Below are positions 12,163-27,600 of a stretch of 64,000 nucleotides of DNA, piece by piece (position 1 is the stretch's first letter; every line of letters starts with the position of its first letter). The DNA is taken from positions 1-64,000 of the forward strand of contig CT868252.1 of the NCBI GenBank assembly GCA_000165425.1. Reading direction: 5' to 3'. A program made the translations under genes and the position numbers. The notes beneath the pieces are model-generated. The model was not told the DNA's origin. It saw nothing but the letters and a program-made list of their open reading frames with translations, and did not search any database. Source of the DNA: Paramecium tetraurelia. Taxonomy: Eukaryota.

Positions 12163-14245
12163 TCAATCAAATAATTCATCAAAACTGTATAGAGACAATT
12201 TAATTAATGCGCTATTATCAATGAATGCAATGTGAGCAGCCCTTCCAATCATGGTATCCAAAGATCTACAAATATAAACTACAATACTTTCCGACTAATT
12301 CATAATTCACATCTAATCTATCAATCTTTTAATTAGATAGATTCTTCATGATATTATCGATCATTTTATTGATAATCATGGCATCCTTACTGCTTCCTTT
12401 TGGCCTTTATATTCTAGCTGATTCAAAAGGACTATAAGTATCTTAATAAGAACTCATGAGTGCAATATTTGTAAACCATCCTAAACCCTCATATGTCGAC
12501 AATTTATAGAGGCAAGTCTCGAATGGGTTTGAAGAATCATTCAACGTTAACTAATTTAAGCAAATACATTTTTTCCATTTTCTTATGAACCATAGTCCCG
12601 TATCAACAACCTTACTCGATGATAATGTATAACTTAAGTGAGGACTTCCCAATGACAAGTAGGTAAACATTTTATCTTTATATTTACTCAAATGAGGTAA
12701 TGCCGCTCTAATTATGATTCCTCCAAGTGAATGGCCTATAAAAGACAACTTAGAAAAATTGTCTTTTGGACACCATTCTTTAATCCACCTCTTTACTTCT
12801 AAGGCTAATTTCTCTCCCATTACTAATATGTCCGTATCTGTGTTATCTTCATTACATTTTGACAATAAAGTTAAATGATCAGGATATCTGATGGCCATGT
12901 TGTTTCTCCACAATCTCATATCATATGAGTTCCCTTAATATCCATGTACAAAAACAAGTAAATGAAGCCCTTTTACAGGTTTCAGTTAGAATTCTTATTT
13001 TCTTGACACATCCCTAAACACTATTGGATGAATTTTTGCTTCTGGGAATAAATCTAAATCCTCAATATTTAATGGTTCTAATTATTTGTAATAATTATTA
13101 TTTCTGTATTATTTTGCCATCATTTTATGATTTTTCCCTAGCGAAATATCTGATTATGATAAATCCTCTACTGTTTGAACATGTTAAAAGATGCTCTCTC
13201 CCCATCTCTCTTTTATTTTTTGGGTGTACTCTTGTTCTAAGATTTTGGTCAAAGTATCAGCCATAAAGTTATGTGCATCTATAAACTAATACCAAACAAC
13301 AAAAATTTTGGAGGATGTATGTTTAACCTCTAAAAATAATTAATTACAAAACTCTTCCTATAGTTAAACATTTGCTTTTAGTTCATCCATTCGTGCGCTA
13401 TATTCAGAAAAATCCCTAAAATTTACAGATTTATTCAAGTATTGTAATCGCCCAAATTTATTTTGAATGTGTTCATCTGATATGCATTATTTTACGTTTG
13501 TCTAATAATAGCTTTCAAGTTATTCATGGATTTATAACAATATCTTATTATAGCCTGCATAAAACTCAGATACCAAATTCTGTTTAACTAATAGATATAA
13601 TTCTTGAATTACATTTATTAGTTATGTTGCTCATAAATTATTCAAGAGTAAGATCGTTTTAATGATATTTAAAATCAACTAAAACTGAATGAATGGTTAA
13701 TTTTAATTAGCAAAAATGAGATTCATCAAATTGACATGATACAAACTCTTTTATCAACTTTATATTGTGTAATCTACTTTCAAATTTTGCTACGCATTTT
13801 TAATATTGTTACAATTTATCCTATAATCAAATTTTATTATACTATTTTAAAGTCTTCTTGCGTTATTGTGCTAAGTTCACAAAACAACAGTTCTATAATA
13901 CAATAAATATTATGAGGATCCATTTCAGGATAAGCTTAAACTTCTATTCTAAATACGCAGCCTTCATTTAAATCAACTATTTAATCGCAATATTTAATGA
14001 TGAATGCTTTGCTGTAGAAAGTTGTGTCTAATAGTTTGTGTTATTCAACTAAAATATCATTAACTTAACTCTGGGCAAACTTTTTCTTTTCTACTGTCAT
14101 ATATGGCTATGCATATATTGTTTCAGATTAAGTTTAACTTTTTTAGAATATTGTAGTTTTTTAATTAATATACTCCTTAATGATAAAGGTCGACATTTCT
14201 AAATTCCTTTAAATGAACAAATATTTCAATAGTGCCACTGAGCAT
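12163..14245 (-). CDS. FAM135-like protein with C-terminal DUF676 putative lipase
   Basis: N-term MLSGTIEIFVHLKEFRNVDLYHQGVY (FAM135-type); C-term LLVFVHGYQGNSYDMRLW, SFIGHSLGG, LGSPHL, QDTYSPFES, MIGRAAHIAF. Confidence 0.9.
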
Positions 14246-15002
14246 TATTAAATGATAAAATTAAATAAATATTAATAAATTAAAACACTTTTTTGATAAG
14301 AGATTTCAGTTCTACTTACTCTTTGAGTATGATGTGATTATTTAATGATTGGATAATCAGCTTTTATTCAAGGAAGAATATAGTGAGAATTTATCAAACA
14401 AATTTGTATGCTTCAATAAATAGTAGATTAATTATATACTATCAGGTAATTCAGTCAATTGATGATGCTTGTGCTGTCTTTAAATTGTCTCATACAACTA
14501 CTGTATTGATTTATTAAAGCAACTTTAACACAAATTTAAAAACTTCTTAGTCAATATAATCTACTGATTCTTCAATGAGTTTTTAAGTTATTATTTATAT
14601 AATCTTTTGCAGTATCACTATTTTTGAAAATAAACAATATATTCCCCTTTCTTTATTTCCTTATTCAATTCTTACTCAATTGACTAGATTTTGATTCCTG
14701 TCCAAGTTTTTATAGGTGCTCTTTCATGTGATTCAGAATCTGAGATTTAATGAATTAAAGGCTAAAAATATTTAAGCATCGCTTTAATAATATTTAATTT
14801 TCTATTTGGAAATATAAGTAAAACCATTCTTTTTGAATATTTATCAATTTGAATTAAATATAAAAATTTATATTAATTTCTGAGAATTCGATTTAGCGTA
14901 ATCAAATGCTAATATTTCAGTTCAATATCACTAAAATACATTATGAAATAAAACCAAAGAAAATCAATTATAGTACTTGTAAAATATAATGAACTTAAAT
15001 TT

Positions 15003-17120
15003 TCATGAAAATATTTCATCTTCACCTATTAATACTAGGTCTGATTATTCCTTTACAATTGTCGATTGCCTAAGGGAAATTTGCTCTGTCTAAGGTTCAT
15101 ATTATGAATTTAAATTCATATTTATTTCAATTATTTTTTCTGATTACAAATTGGTAAGATATTCATCATAATATTTTGTTATCATTTTCAATCTATTCTC
15201 TAGAATCTCAGACATATAAGGTAATTGCTATATTGCGCACTCTGAAATAATAGGAAAGACAGGATATTCTTTAGTAGATTTAGATATTTATTCATAGATA
15301 GGAATTTTGTAATTCTCATCAAATTATTTTCTCCATAAGTTCAATTTGTTAAAATCTTTATTTTATAAAATTTTTAGATCGCTAGATTAGATTGTCACGC
15401 TTTCTTATAGCAGAAACTTATTGAAATCACCAGAAACAGAATTATCTGTATAAATGAGAGCTATCAAATTTTTAAAAGCATTGATAATCATCTAATCTTC
15501 TTTAATAACTGTCTAATAGAGTTATAATATTAAATTGAAATGCTATGAGTCTAATTTTGAAATCAAAAATTTAACAGTGATCATATCGCATATCGTCACT
15601 AAAGTTAGGAGCTTATCATCTTATAAATATCATATAAATATTACATTTATGTTATTGACTATTCATAACTTTCAGACAAATAATCAAAGATTTTTTTACA
15701 ACGTCAAATTCATCTAGAATAACTAAAGCTATTTCTGATTATGAAATTATATTATGTATTTGAATTAAGCAAGACTTAATCAATGGGTTAATAGTAATAT
15801 GGTCAGCAATGATTAATTCTAACCACTTCTAAACACTTTTGACAATCTATATGGGTATCGTATCTCTTTATTCTTGAAGTAATTTATCGATTTGCGATTA
15901 ATCATAATCCTCCAACAGTTTCATTTAATTTTCAAATTCTGGGTGCAATGAATTGTAAAAAAACTATTCCAAAGCTAATTCTAAAGTTGTAAATTGAGTT
16001 ATTAATTTGCAAGACAATCTCTCAAATTATCTGATAGAAGATTCAGAATTATTGAAGTTTCCATCTAGATATAGTCGAAGTGACTGATTGATTGATTCAA
16101 CTAATTCATTCATAAAAACAATAATTCCTTCATCAATTTACCAATTTGGTTGGAGATTATACTCTTTGAGCATCATATTTTCAACAAAGGTTTCATTCCG
16201 TTATTCAGGAAATCTATTATAAATTAAATAAAATACAATGGGGAATTAATGGGGAAAATCTATCCATAATCATTGGAGAGCTTTTTCAAAATTTGATTAT
16301 TATATCTAATATATCACATTTGTGTACTCAATATAAATAAGCAACATTTCTTTCATCATCATTTAGGTCCAGATTAAATTTGGTGTGCTCCATTCTCTGC
16401 TAAAATTACTAAATATAGCTGTTTCATCTCCATCATCCAAAAAAAGCTAAATTTTCTTAAATTTTAGAATACTTCATATAGTTAATTAGGCAATAATTTG
16501 ATGAGTCTATATGATTCTAATTAATCATCTGATTTTCTTAATTATCGATCTGCGTTTTGATATTCGTATTGTAAAAGATCCCTATAAAATAAAAATGCTT
16601 CCATTCTATCATTTTCATCTACGACATTCAACTAAATTTCAATTTATTATTATACTTTGAAAATGACTTCTAAAAGCACACTTGCAAAACCACTGGCTAT
16701 CAAATGCATGCATTTCGCTTTATCTTTTACATCATACCTTTATCGAATTAATTGTAAAAACTTTTATAATATAGATTAATACTGCTCCTATAGATTTGTT
16801 CTCTTAATTTTTCCATTAGGTTCCAAGCTGCGTTCAATTCANNNNNNNNNNNNNNNNNNNNNNNNNNNNNNNNNNNNNNNNNNNNNNNNNNNNNNNNNNN
16901 NNNNNNNNNNNNNNNNNNNNNNNNNNNNNNNNNNNNNNNNNNNNNNNNNNNNNNNNNNNNNNNNNNNNNNNNNNNNNNNNNNNNNNNNNNNGGACCGACA
17001 CAGATATTTCGATACAGCTGGACTGTTAGACTATTAAGTTTTGGGTTCATGTAATGAGATCACAATTTTATAAGTAGATTTTAGATTTTTTTACATCAAC
17101 GCTTCTTCATTTGAAAACAT
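15003..17120 (-). CDS. Protein with RME-8/DNAJC13 IWN-repeat-like module; interrupted by assembly gap
   Basis: LLPNQLYEVF...EWSTPNLIWTQMMMKEML...RFPEQRNETFVENMMLKEYNLQPNWQI resembles the RME-8 IWN repeat. Stop TGA at 15003-15005. The putative ATG at 17120 lies across the N run, so linkage is uncertain. Confidence 0.55.
16842..16991. other. Assembly gap (150 N)
   Basis: Run of n characters. Confidence 1.
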
Positions 17121-17562
17121 AACAAAAATATTTATTTTTATCAAATATATTTAAAATGTTATATAATGATAATTTTATTTAGAATTAATTGAGCTGCTGT
17201 AATCTTAAAAATGATGATATTCATTATAAGAAAATATTTGTAAGTTAACAGAGTTTTATTTTCAAATTAGCTTTTCCTTAAACCAAAAATACTGTGAACC
17301 AACAAAATTGTCAAGGATTAGCTTAAAATTACAGAAAAAAGTAAAACTAAATCGAATCATAGAAATAATTTATTATGAACGATGGGTTATTGCGCAATTA
17401 AATTAAAATCAAATTTAAAAGGAAAAAGAGAAGGATAATAAATTAGACAAAATGTTCTTTTAAAATATCCCATAGTATGTTAATTTCAGATAAGATTTTA
17501 AATAAGAAGTTTATGTTAAAAATCTTTTTGATTTGAATATTTATTTAATTCTTAAAGAAAAT

Positions 17563-19129
17563 TCATTATTTCTTGATGATAATTTTTCCATTAACTTTAT
17601 TATGAGTTAGTGTAATAGATTGTCTCTTTGTATTTTGCTTGTATTCTGTTTATAATCTGATTGTGTCTGTATTATGCAATTATAATTTCTTTTTTTATTT
17701 TGGGTGAGGGCTCTCCAACATAATTTTAAATTGTTAAAAGGAGGAAAGTTTGTCGAGATTTTTCAGAAGATTCTTTTAAGAACTATTCTGAGATGTTTAC
17801 GCACTTGCTTTATAAAATTATCTTAATTTTTCAGGAGTCTTTTTGGGTTATGTCTTGATCTTGCTACTAAAATTGTTAGAGTATATTTTAATAAGTTTTG
17901 ATTCCTTTTTAGCAGGGGTGAATTCTGTCTATAATGATTACTGTGAATTAGATTTTTTATGTACAGGTGTAATGTAATTAAATAATTTAGGTTGACTTTA
18001 ATTATTACCACCAGAGCTTATGATTTAACTTAAACGCATTTATTCTGTTTTTAATTGTTCTGATGAAACACTTCTAGTACTTGTAATAAAGTGAGCACTA
18101 CTATGTTTAGCTTAGTTGCTATTACAATTGTTTTGATCAACCTTATTCGAGAATATTTTTTGGATTTTTATCTTATTATCTTAAGATAGTTTTATGATCT
18201 TGGCTTTCATGAATTTTTAGAATTCATTTTCTTCTTAACTGCTATTAATGTGTTATTATGAGGATGACTTTTAGGTCGGAATTGGCCTTTCTGGAGATTA
18301 CTTTTAGGAATTTCTAATGTTTGCTTAAACTTTTCCAGTTATCAAATTAAATGGTAAGTTTAATTTTAACTTATCCTTATTTAATTAATTGTTTCTTATG
18401 ACTAATTGCTTTAACAATTTCAAATTCTAAGTTGGTTATTTCGATAGTTATTTTTAATTGTTTTTTTCTGTTTAAATTTATTGTTGCATTGTTAACCATG
18501 TTTCATCTATATTCTAAAATAAAAAATAGGCTAATTACAATATAATCGTCTTCCTTTTAGAATTTGATTATTTATCTTAGAAGAGATTTCGCAGATTTCT
18601 CGCTCAGCTTTGTTATACTATTCAATACTTGAATATCTTCATTTAATTTTTCATATTCTATATATTACAGAAAACTCAATACATGTGCTTATACTAGATT
18701 ATTCATATGGAATTCCTAGTTAAATTTTGATCTTTCTGTATTCATATTTTCTAATTTTAATATCATGAAATTAATTACTTTTTTTTCTCATAAAAATAAG
18801 TAGCCATATCTGCAAGGAATCCAAAAAACATTCTTGGTATATCTTTATGATATTTGTAATATTCTAATAATTGCTTGAACTTGTTAGATTATATTGTAAT
18901 CGGATAATATCTATATTCATAATACAAATTTGAATTACTTTTTTAAATACTCTTCATTCTCCTTTACATGTAAGTTGTCTTTGAAATCTATGACCCACTT
19001 TACTGGTTTTGTTGAAAAAAAGTCCTCAAATTTTTTGACTTTTTATTATGAATATTTAGTGTACAAGGCCTTCTCAATCTTTAATGAATGATACACTATT
19101 TATTAAATATGCGTATAAATGTTTGACAT
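17563..19129 (-). CDS. Ciliate-type hypothetical protein (EYYKYHKDIPRMF motif) with low-complexity basic C-terminus
   Basis: KWVIDFKDNLHVKENEEYLKKYYP...FKQLLEYYKYHKDIPRMFFG after removal of short introns; ends ...IIKKQ TGA. Confidence 0.7.
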
Positions 19130-20495
19130 TTTTTGAACATTTTAATTTTTAACAGAACGGGCAATCCCTCTTTCTAAAAGAACTCTTCATAACTGAATAT
19201 AATTTTAATATTGTATAATAATTAATACAAATTCCTTTCTTAACAATATGTGTTCTTACGAAATTAGTAAATTGATATTCAAACCATCCTTAGTTCTTGG
19301 ATTTATTGATTAGATATGTACTTGAAAAAATTGATTTCTTTCAATCAGAATTTTCATAAATTTCATCCCATAATAATAATTAAGTATCTCTGCTTTATTT
19401 TTATAAATTTTTACTAATACATAAAAACCAATTTACTAGCTTGAATTAGGCAATATAAAACCAATTGAACTATATCAATTTAATCAAATTTATTTATTGG
19501 ATTTATATGCACATCAGAAAATTTAACATTTGAGGATCTTTTATAGTTAAGCGAATTTAGATTATTAATAGATCATCATTAATGATATTATTGATTTCAA
19601 TAAACGAATTTACAACCTTTTAATCTTTTGGTGTTGCAAGCTAAGAAAAATTCAATTTTCTTCTTTATGTTCATAAAATTTTGAATTTAAAGAATTAAGA
19701 TAGTGTAAACTTTAACCCAATTTTAGGAAATGGGGCTGTAATAATTTGAATAGCAGTTCAAACCTTGATAAATAAGTGTTTAACAAATGAGCCACCATTA
19801 AGATTGGAAATTAAATTAAATTAATTGAAAGTTAACTGAGGTAATTTACTGGATAAAGCTAAAAATTTAAGAGCTAAGTAGTTATGAGAATAATAAAATT
19901 TATATGCCTATAGATTAATTAAATTGAGATCAGACCATTAAAAGATAATTTTAATTATGTGTTGTAAAATTTTAATGATTAGAGTCTAAAAGAAAATTAA
20001 ATAATTTATTAATTGAGGATTATATTTGCCTAAGTAAATAAGATTAATTAAGAACATATCCAATGAACCTTTTGTAGTTTTGAAAAATAACAAAGTAATT
20101 AAATAAAGGTATATTATAACTTATTACGATATTGTATATAGTTGCATTTAAATGTACATAATTGCAATTCTTACTTAACTATTTTATAATTAATATCAAT
20201 ATATCCTTATATTTTTCAAATATATATATTCGTATATTAATTAATTTGGAATGTATTAGTAAAAATAATCTGATTTTAAATTATAATAGGTTAATCAAAG
20301 GTCAAATAATTTATAAATTACATATGATAAGTTGCTAAGATTAGAAGAGATATTTTATGAAAACTAGGATAAATGATAGTTTTTATTAGATTATTTACTA
20401 ACTCGTTATTTTTAAATTCAAAACAGATTACTATTCTCCAAACATAGTTTATGTCTAATTATTAATAAATTTACTTATTTTAAATCACTAATTTA

Positions 20496-23400
20496 ATGGG
20501 TTGTTGCATTTCATAACAAAGAACCTAAGAAGCAGTTATCTAAACTTAAATTAAAAAGGCTGTTGAAGAACAGGAAGAAATGTCTATTATTGAGGATGTG
20601 GAACAAGAGTTCAATGATATTATTGAATAACCTGAACCAGTGATAAATGATTAAAAAAAAGAAGAACACTTAGCAAAAATTCAAAAAAGCGAAGAGGAAG
20701 AGGATAAGTAAGAAAAAAAATAATTAAAATCAAAAACGACAAAAAGAGATGAAAATTATCTTAAAATTATTGAATACAAAAGCATTAAGATTAATTACTA
20801 CATTCTAACTCCGAAACATGATGAAGTTTCTACATACTACGATTTCATCATAAATACAAGTCATTTAGAATTTTAATATGAGATAAAATGCAAAGCGATT
20901 GTTACTTCTGAACCAGAATAACCATTTTCAATCAAACCATATTCCTATTTGGAAGCATCTTCAAATTCAGGTTACGATATATTTTTTAGAAATGATACTT
21001 ATTTTACAATAGATTAATAATAAAACACTAACAGACAATCTTTTGATACATTGCTAGAAGTGGAAAGAACTCTGAAAAAGAAAAAGGAATAGGCAATTCT
21101 GCCGTAAGCATTTTAACTACGTCAATAGAAATAAGAGGATTCTCAATAAAATTTGAATAGTCCAAGAAGATCACCCAAAAAGCAAAAAGGGAAAATTCAA
21201 ACTGAAGTTGTTTAAGAAATGTTGGAAATAATGCATGTATTCGACCTGGAATTGTGCCCCCGTTTCCATTAGTTATTATTTTTTTTAATGGTATAATAAT
21301 AAATGGCAAAGTTAAAACCTTATTTAGTAAATATATCTGAAGTCTACTTTCTTTTTGATTAGAAACCTTCCTTGGATGAACAATAAGTTTAAAAGGTGGC
21401 AATATTTTATGAATATTTAGACTATAGTTTATAAGAATTCCAAGATTATTTAAAAAAAGAGAAAAAATAATTGTCTCATTTGTTATTCCTGAGATTATCC
21501 TAAGACTTAATATAGATATTTTACAATTGTTACAACTCTTACACATATAGATGTAATTTCACCTTAAAATCAGTCTTTTACACTAGTAAAAATAAAAGAT
21601 TTAGATTATAAGCATTCGCAAGATTATAAACTTTAATAAGATTCTCAAATGAATAGGAAGTCTAATAACTTCTTTAAACAGTTAATGAATAATAGTATAA
21701 ATTCTTTATTAGAGACTTTGAAAAGGATTTTGGGGCTTTGTGTGATCTTATTCTTCTTTTCAAGAATGTTGATAATTAAATCGGAAATATAAAGAAGATT
21801 AGGAGGAAAAAGAAAAATTCAGATCTTCACCATTAGAAATATGCCGAATTTGCTATGAATTTATTAGATTCTGAAAATACAGACAAACTAGTATATGAAT
21901 TGATAAGGTTAAAATGCTAGCCTATCGATAAAGATAATTTTGATTACATTTTAGAGGAGATTAAGACATTACTAATGACTTTAGAATAATAAATTTAAGA
22001 GGAAACCTAATAGAGAGAAAAAATGAATGATTTAAAGGAGTAGATGATTTTTCAAAATGAAAGCATTATTAAAGTAAATAATAGTGAGCAAGTAGGTACT
22101 AATGCAGAAGTGGACAACGAACAACATACGTTTGAAACTCATTTGGCAAAAAAATCGAAAAAGTTAAAAGTTTAACCAAGCGAAAGTGATCTATTTAATG
22201 AAATGAAATACTCAGCCTTATTTTACTTCGAGACATTTATGGAAAGAAGTTAGAAATTCTTAGAAGTATGCACAAATGATGCGCATCGGGCATATGCTCT
22301 TATACTATAATCCATAGGACAAACTATGAATATTCCATCAAGAGAATAAAAATTAGCAGAATAATAATTAATTTTGCAAGAAGCAAGCAAATTAGTGTTA
22401 AAGGAGAGAGTTTTCATAATTTAAGATTCGTTTCATTATTATTTGTTACTAACTCTAATAAGTTCATTGGTTGATAAACCTATTTAATTACTAAATTAAC
22501 TTAAGTTACTTATTCAGTAATAAAATAGCATAAGAAGGAAATAAATAAGGCCTAAATTAAGTACACAACATACATGCACAGGAATAATTGAAATGAGAAA
22601 GGCATTGATCTTGGATCTATTTTACATTGATCATTATCTGAAACGTCATTTATTCTAAAATGCCACTCATTTAGTATAGCATATTGTAACATAATAATTG
22701 CGATTCAATTTAAAATCCTATTTACTCTATGGTCGAAGTCTCTTCATTAGTGGAGTCCTTTGTGAAAAAATGATGTAACCAGTGTCAGCCATGTTGAATT
22801 TAGAAGTCTGTAGACTGCTTTATTAACAATTTTTCCCTGTTTAGAAGTTTATGTATTTGGATGAAGAGACCAACCAATTGGTAGATGTAGAATATTAAGA
22901 AAATAGCAAATAATACAGATAAGTTTTACTTCATTTTGAAAATGAAGGATCAGAAAATTTGAATATTCTTGAATTTAATTTAGGTCTTGTTTATTTTACA
23001 TTGGCTGAAAAAGAGAATGCTTTGAAATGTTTGAGAAAAGTCAAAGAATCGAGAGAAAAGAAGTATGATATAGTTTCTGATGAAGTTTTGGAAGTAGTCT
23101 TGTAAATATTGAAAATACATGTTGAATAAGAAGAAAATGGAGCTGCTTTAGAGATTTGCTAAGAATATTATGCAAAATTTCAATATTTGGCTAAATAGAA
23201 TATTATAACAAAAAGCAGACTCATAGCTCGTTTGTAATTGATCATGGCAGCGATATATGAATGCAATAGGATGTTAGTGAGTGCTTTAAAATATTATCAA
23301 AAAGCTAATAAAACATTTGCAATGTCAAAAAACAATTCTTATGTTAGATAATTGCATATTTTATAGAAAATAAGAAAAATAGTTGAGTAAATTAAATTAA

Positions 23401-24620
23401 AGGCTTATTAATCTCATAGTTTAGAATAGTAATCAGAGTTTAATATTGAACATTATCTTGGTCATCTGTCTGAGAAAGTGAAACCTTACTTTAATAATTA
23501 GTTTATTCGAATGTTAGAAAACGACAGGATAGTTTTATATAATATCACTTTGATGAAAAGGTACATAAGAGCAAACCAAAGCTTAAGAAATTTAGAGTAT
23601 CAATAGGCGTTAAAAAGATATTAAAGAATACATGAAAAATTCAAAAAACAGAAGATTGACGAATGTTATGGATTTACCTTAGAAAAGATTGGTACCATAT
23701 ATTTAATTTAAAGAAATTTAAAAACAGCCATACAACATTTAAAAATGGCATCTGAATTACATGATCGATACTTGTAGTTTCCTTTGAAAGAAATGAGGAT
23801 ATTGACCTGTGAAATATATATATTACTTGGTTAAGCTATGCTAAGGAATAGTAAAGATGTTTAAAAACAATTAACCATTATTGATGACTTTATTTAGAAT
23901 ATCAATGATTTATTGAATTGGTAAAATGTTCCTTATTAATAAAGATCAAATAAATTTGCCATATTATCAAATAAATTAGGTAGATAAGTATTGTATGTGC
24001 TTAATGACCTTTTTGAGAGAGTAGAAAACTATAATACTTTGAGAGTTAAATTTGGATAGAATTTAAATAATGCTTAAGTTTTGAATGCCATTTCAGAGAA
24101 ATTTTTGAATGAGAAATTCAATTAATAATCTGTAAGAAATTCAGACATTTCAAATCAGAGGAAATCATGTCTATTTGGTTTATTCAGTTAGGGAAAAAGG
24201 AGGTAAGCCACTTGGAAAGCAACAATGTCACCAAATTAATAAAGAAATTAATTAAATGAAGTGGTAAGTGGGGAATAAATGGAATTATCAAAAAGTAAAA
24301 TTGAGATTCAGACCGGAAAAGCTAAAGAATAAAGCACAGATAGAGTTGACAAAACTTAGAAAATAAAGATTTAAATTACAATAACAGAGACTGAAAGAGA
24401 TCAATAAATCTAACAGCTTAAAAAAGATAGGCCAGAAATTTATGAGCAATTGTAAGAGTTTGAAATAGATTAAAAAACAAGTTCAAAATTAAAAACATCT
24501 TTACCAGCGACAGCTTTAGTCAGTCCAGTACTCAGTCCCATCAGCATAAAATCACCATCTTAATAAAAATCCTAAGATAAAAAAATAAACCCTTTCCAAA
24601 AAGTCAAAAGAAAGAAATGA
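20496..24620 (+). CDS. N-acylated pseudokinase-TPR protein, paralog A (1374 aa, apparently intronless)
   Basis: MGCCIS start; kinase-fold segment VAIFYEYLDYSL...YRCNFTLKSVF...FRLQAFAR...KDFGALCDLIL; TPR-like helices (LGLVYFTLAEKENALKCLRKV); ends KKINPFQKVKRKK*; 4125 nt is a multiple of 3. Confidence 0.85.
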
Positions 24621-24667
24621 ATATTTTGACTAATTTAATATATATTATTATTACATATATAAAATAT

Positions 24668-27600
24668 ATGGGTATATGTTTTGGAGCCAAGAAGAATGAT
24701 CGTTATGCAATTATTTAAAAACAAATCAATAACACTGTAAAGGAATAAGAAGATATGTAAATTTAAGAAGAATTGGCATATTAAAATAAACAATTACTTG
24801 ATGAGGAAGAGATAACACTGAAGATTAACACATAAACTTAACTAATAGTTTCTAAAGATCTAAATGAAACGGCCAGTTAATAGATCATTGAATAAAAGGC
24901 TTCTACTAAAAAGAAAAGGAAGAAAAAAACTAAAGATGAAAATTATCTCAAACAAATAGAGTATCATATAACACTTAAATCTATTATTATTGAAGAAGAA
25001 TAAGATCAGACTTAGTCATAATATAATATAATAATGGTACTAGAATATATGGGTTATTGTCATAATGTCTAATTAAAAGGTGTTTTAATTAATCACCCAA
25101 AGAAAACGTTTCAACTAATTCCAAATACCTATGAGGATGCTGCTAAGCATTCGAGATTCTCTCCTTTTTTTTAAAATGACTTTTACTTTAACATCAACGC
25201 TGATCCCTTACATAATACTAATTATTTCGAGAAATTATTACATGTGGAAAGAACTGTGACAATAGATAGACAGATCAGAATATCACCTACCAAAAGATTT
25301 TCTAGACGATCATCTTCTGTTTTAGATGAACACCAAAGTCCATCCCCTTTAAAAAAGAGATAAAATGTAAAAAAATCTGAATTTGTAAGTGAATTACTTG
25401 AAGTTGTATAAGTTTTTGATTTGGAAGCCTAGCCTAGATTTCTTTAAATATTATTTGCCCTATTATTGAAAGAATAATTACCTTAAATTAGTAATAACTT
25501 TGTGTACATTGAAGAGTTGATTTTTTTATTTGATTAATTGCCTAAAATGGAATAGCCCAATGTGTACAGAATTGGCATTTTCTATGAGAGTCTTGATTAT
25601 AATCTTCATGATCTGCTTGTTTATATGAAACATGAAGAGGTTAAATTGTCCCAAATTTGCTTTCTAAAATTAGCACACAATTTAATTTAAGCTTTATATA
25701 ATTGCTATTCAAATCATTGTTATAGAATCAATTTCACTTTATCCACAATATTTTACACAAAACGATTCAAAAAATTTAAGATCTAATCTTTTTGCAGAAT
25801 GTAAAGTCTAATACCATTTGAAGGAGATCAGTAGCTTAACCTAAAAAATGTCCCTGAACAAAAACTTAAGTTTTTTATCAGATCTTTTAAAAAGGATTTT
25901 GCTGCCTTATGTGATTTAATTTTATACTTCAAAGATGTCAATAAACCATTAGACAGTATCCAATATCTTCGTAAATAAGCTAAAACAAATAACTCTCCTG
26001 AATATTTAAAATATGCAGAAATTACTTTTGAAAAAGAATACGAGAAGACTTTGGTTGAAGTAATTAGATTTAGTTTAGATGAGATCTAATACGAAAAATT
26101 GAATGAGTACTTACTTTCAATTTATTTATAGATTATTATGTGACTTGAAAGACACTACAATTAATTTAGAATAAATCATTGCCGAATTAGAATTAAGAAG
26201 TGAAACAGATAAAAAATTATAGAAAGAAAACCAAAATTTCTAAATGTACGATTAGTCAAATAGCGAGAGAGATGAATTTATAACAGAAATAGAAAATCTT
26301 GACTTAATTTAATAAATGAATTCACTCCCAGAATTCAATAAATCTCAAAAAGTAACAACTCTTAAATGCTTGTACAAAGAATTACTATATTCTTCCCTCT
26401 TTATGAATTATCGTTTCTAACAAAATTGTATATCCTATCAATAGAATAGCTCAGATACCCTACATGCTGTTCATTCTAATATTTTATAATCTTTTTAATC
26501 AATAGATTTCAATGAATCACATTATGAAGCATCGCTTAATGAATAAGCAAAAAACCTTTAACCTTCTATCGATTAAGCAGTAGCCCATCCTATTGACCGA
26601 TAAGATCCATTTCATTATTATGTTTTGATAAATCTCTTAACATTATCTCATGATCGACCATTTTCTTTGATTATTCAACTGTAAAAGTTGATCGAAGCAT
26701 AATAGAAGATAAAAAAGGAATTGGTAAAACCAAAGTTGAAATAAAATCATGCTCCTGGAGGATTGATTGAAATGAGAAAGACAATAGTTCTTCAAGTGTT
26801 CTACACAGAAAACTTAATCAGTAGACATAATTATTCTTAAGCAATCCATTATATGTAAAAAATAATTACATTGCAGTAAAAATTAAATCAAAAGCACTCT
26901 CTACTTTACGCGTATTGTTTATTTTTGAATGGGTAATTATGCGCTAAAACCATGTAAACGATTTCTGCAATGCTCAATTTAGAAATGTGTAAACAATTTT
27001 ACGATTTGTATTTTCCATCTTCAATAATTATTCCAGAAAAAACTATTGAACCTAAATAACCGTAATAATAAAATTAAAAATAAGAAAATCAATAAGTTCA
27101 GCCAACAAAACCATAACTTGTAATTAAGGAAGTAGATAATTTATCAACAACCAACTAATCAGTTTTAGAATTTAGCTTGGGATAGATGTACTCCTAATTA
27201 AACGATTAAGAAAATGCGCTGAAATGTTTGAAAAGAGCTCAAGCTATAAGAGAAAAGAGATTTGAATAATTCTCTGACTAAGTGATTGAAATTACTCTAG
27301 AAATTCTACGAGTTTATGTGGAGTAAGAAGAAAGTGGGGCCGTTGCTAAATTATGTTGTCAATTAGCTGCGAAGATGAATGAAAAATATAAACATAAAGA
27401 AGTTTTAAAAACTAAAAATGTTGGAATACTTCAATTAATTATGGCTGTGATATACGAAAGCAACGGAGTTTTGGTTAGTTCTCTCAGATTCTATCAGCGA
27501 GCTTTAAAAACATTTTAAGGTTCAAGATCAAATAATTACATAAGATAATTATACATTAGTGATAAAATTAAAGGAATTATAGAAAGAATAAAATAGATAG

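Noticed and set aside
14300..14780. Minus-strand ORF starting MLKYFQPLIH
   Set aside because: Stops after ~55 codons with no restoring intron; probably a remnant.
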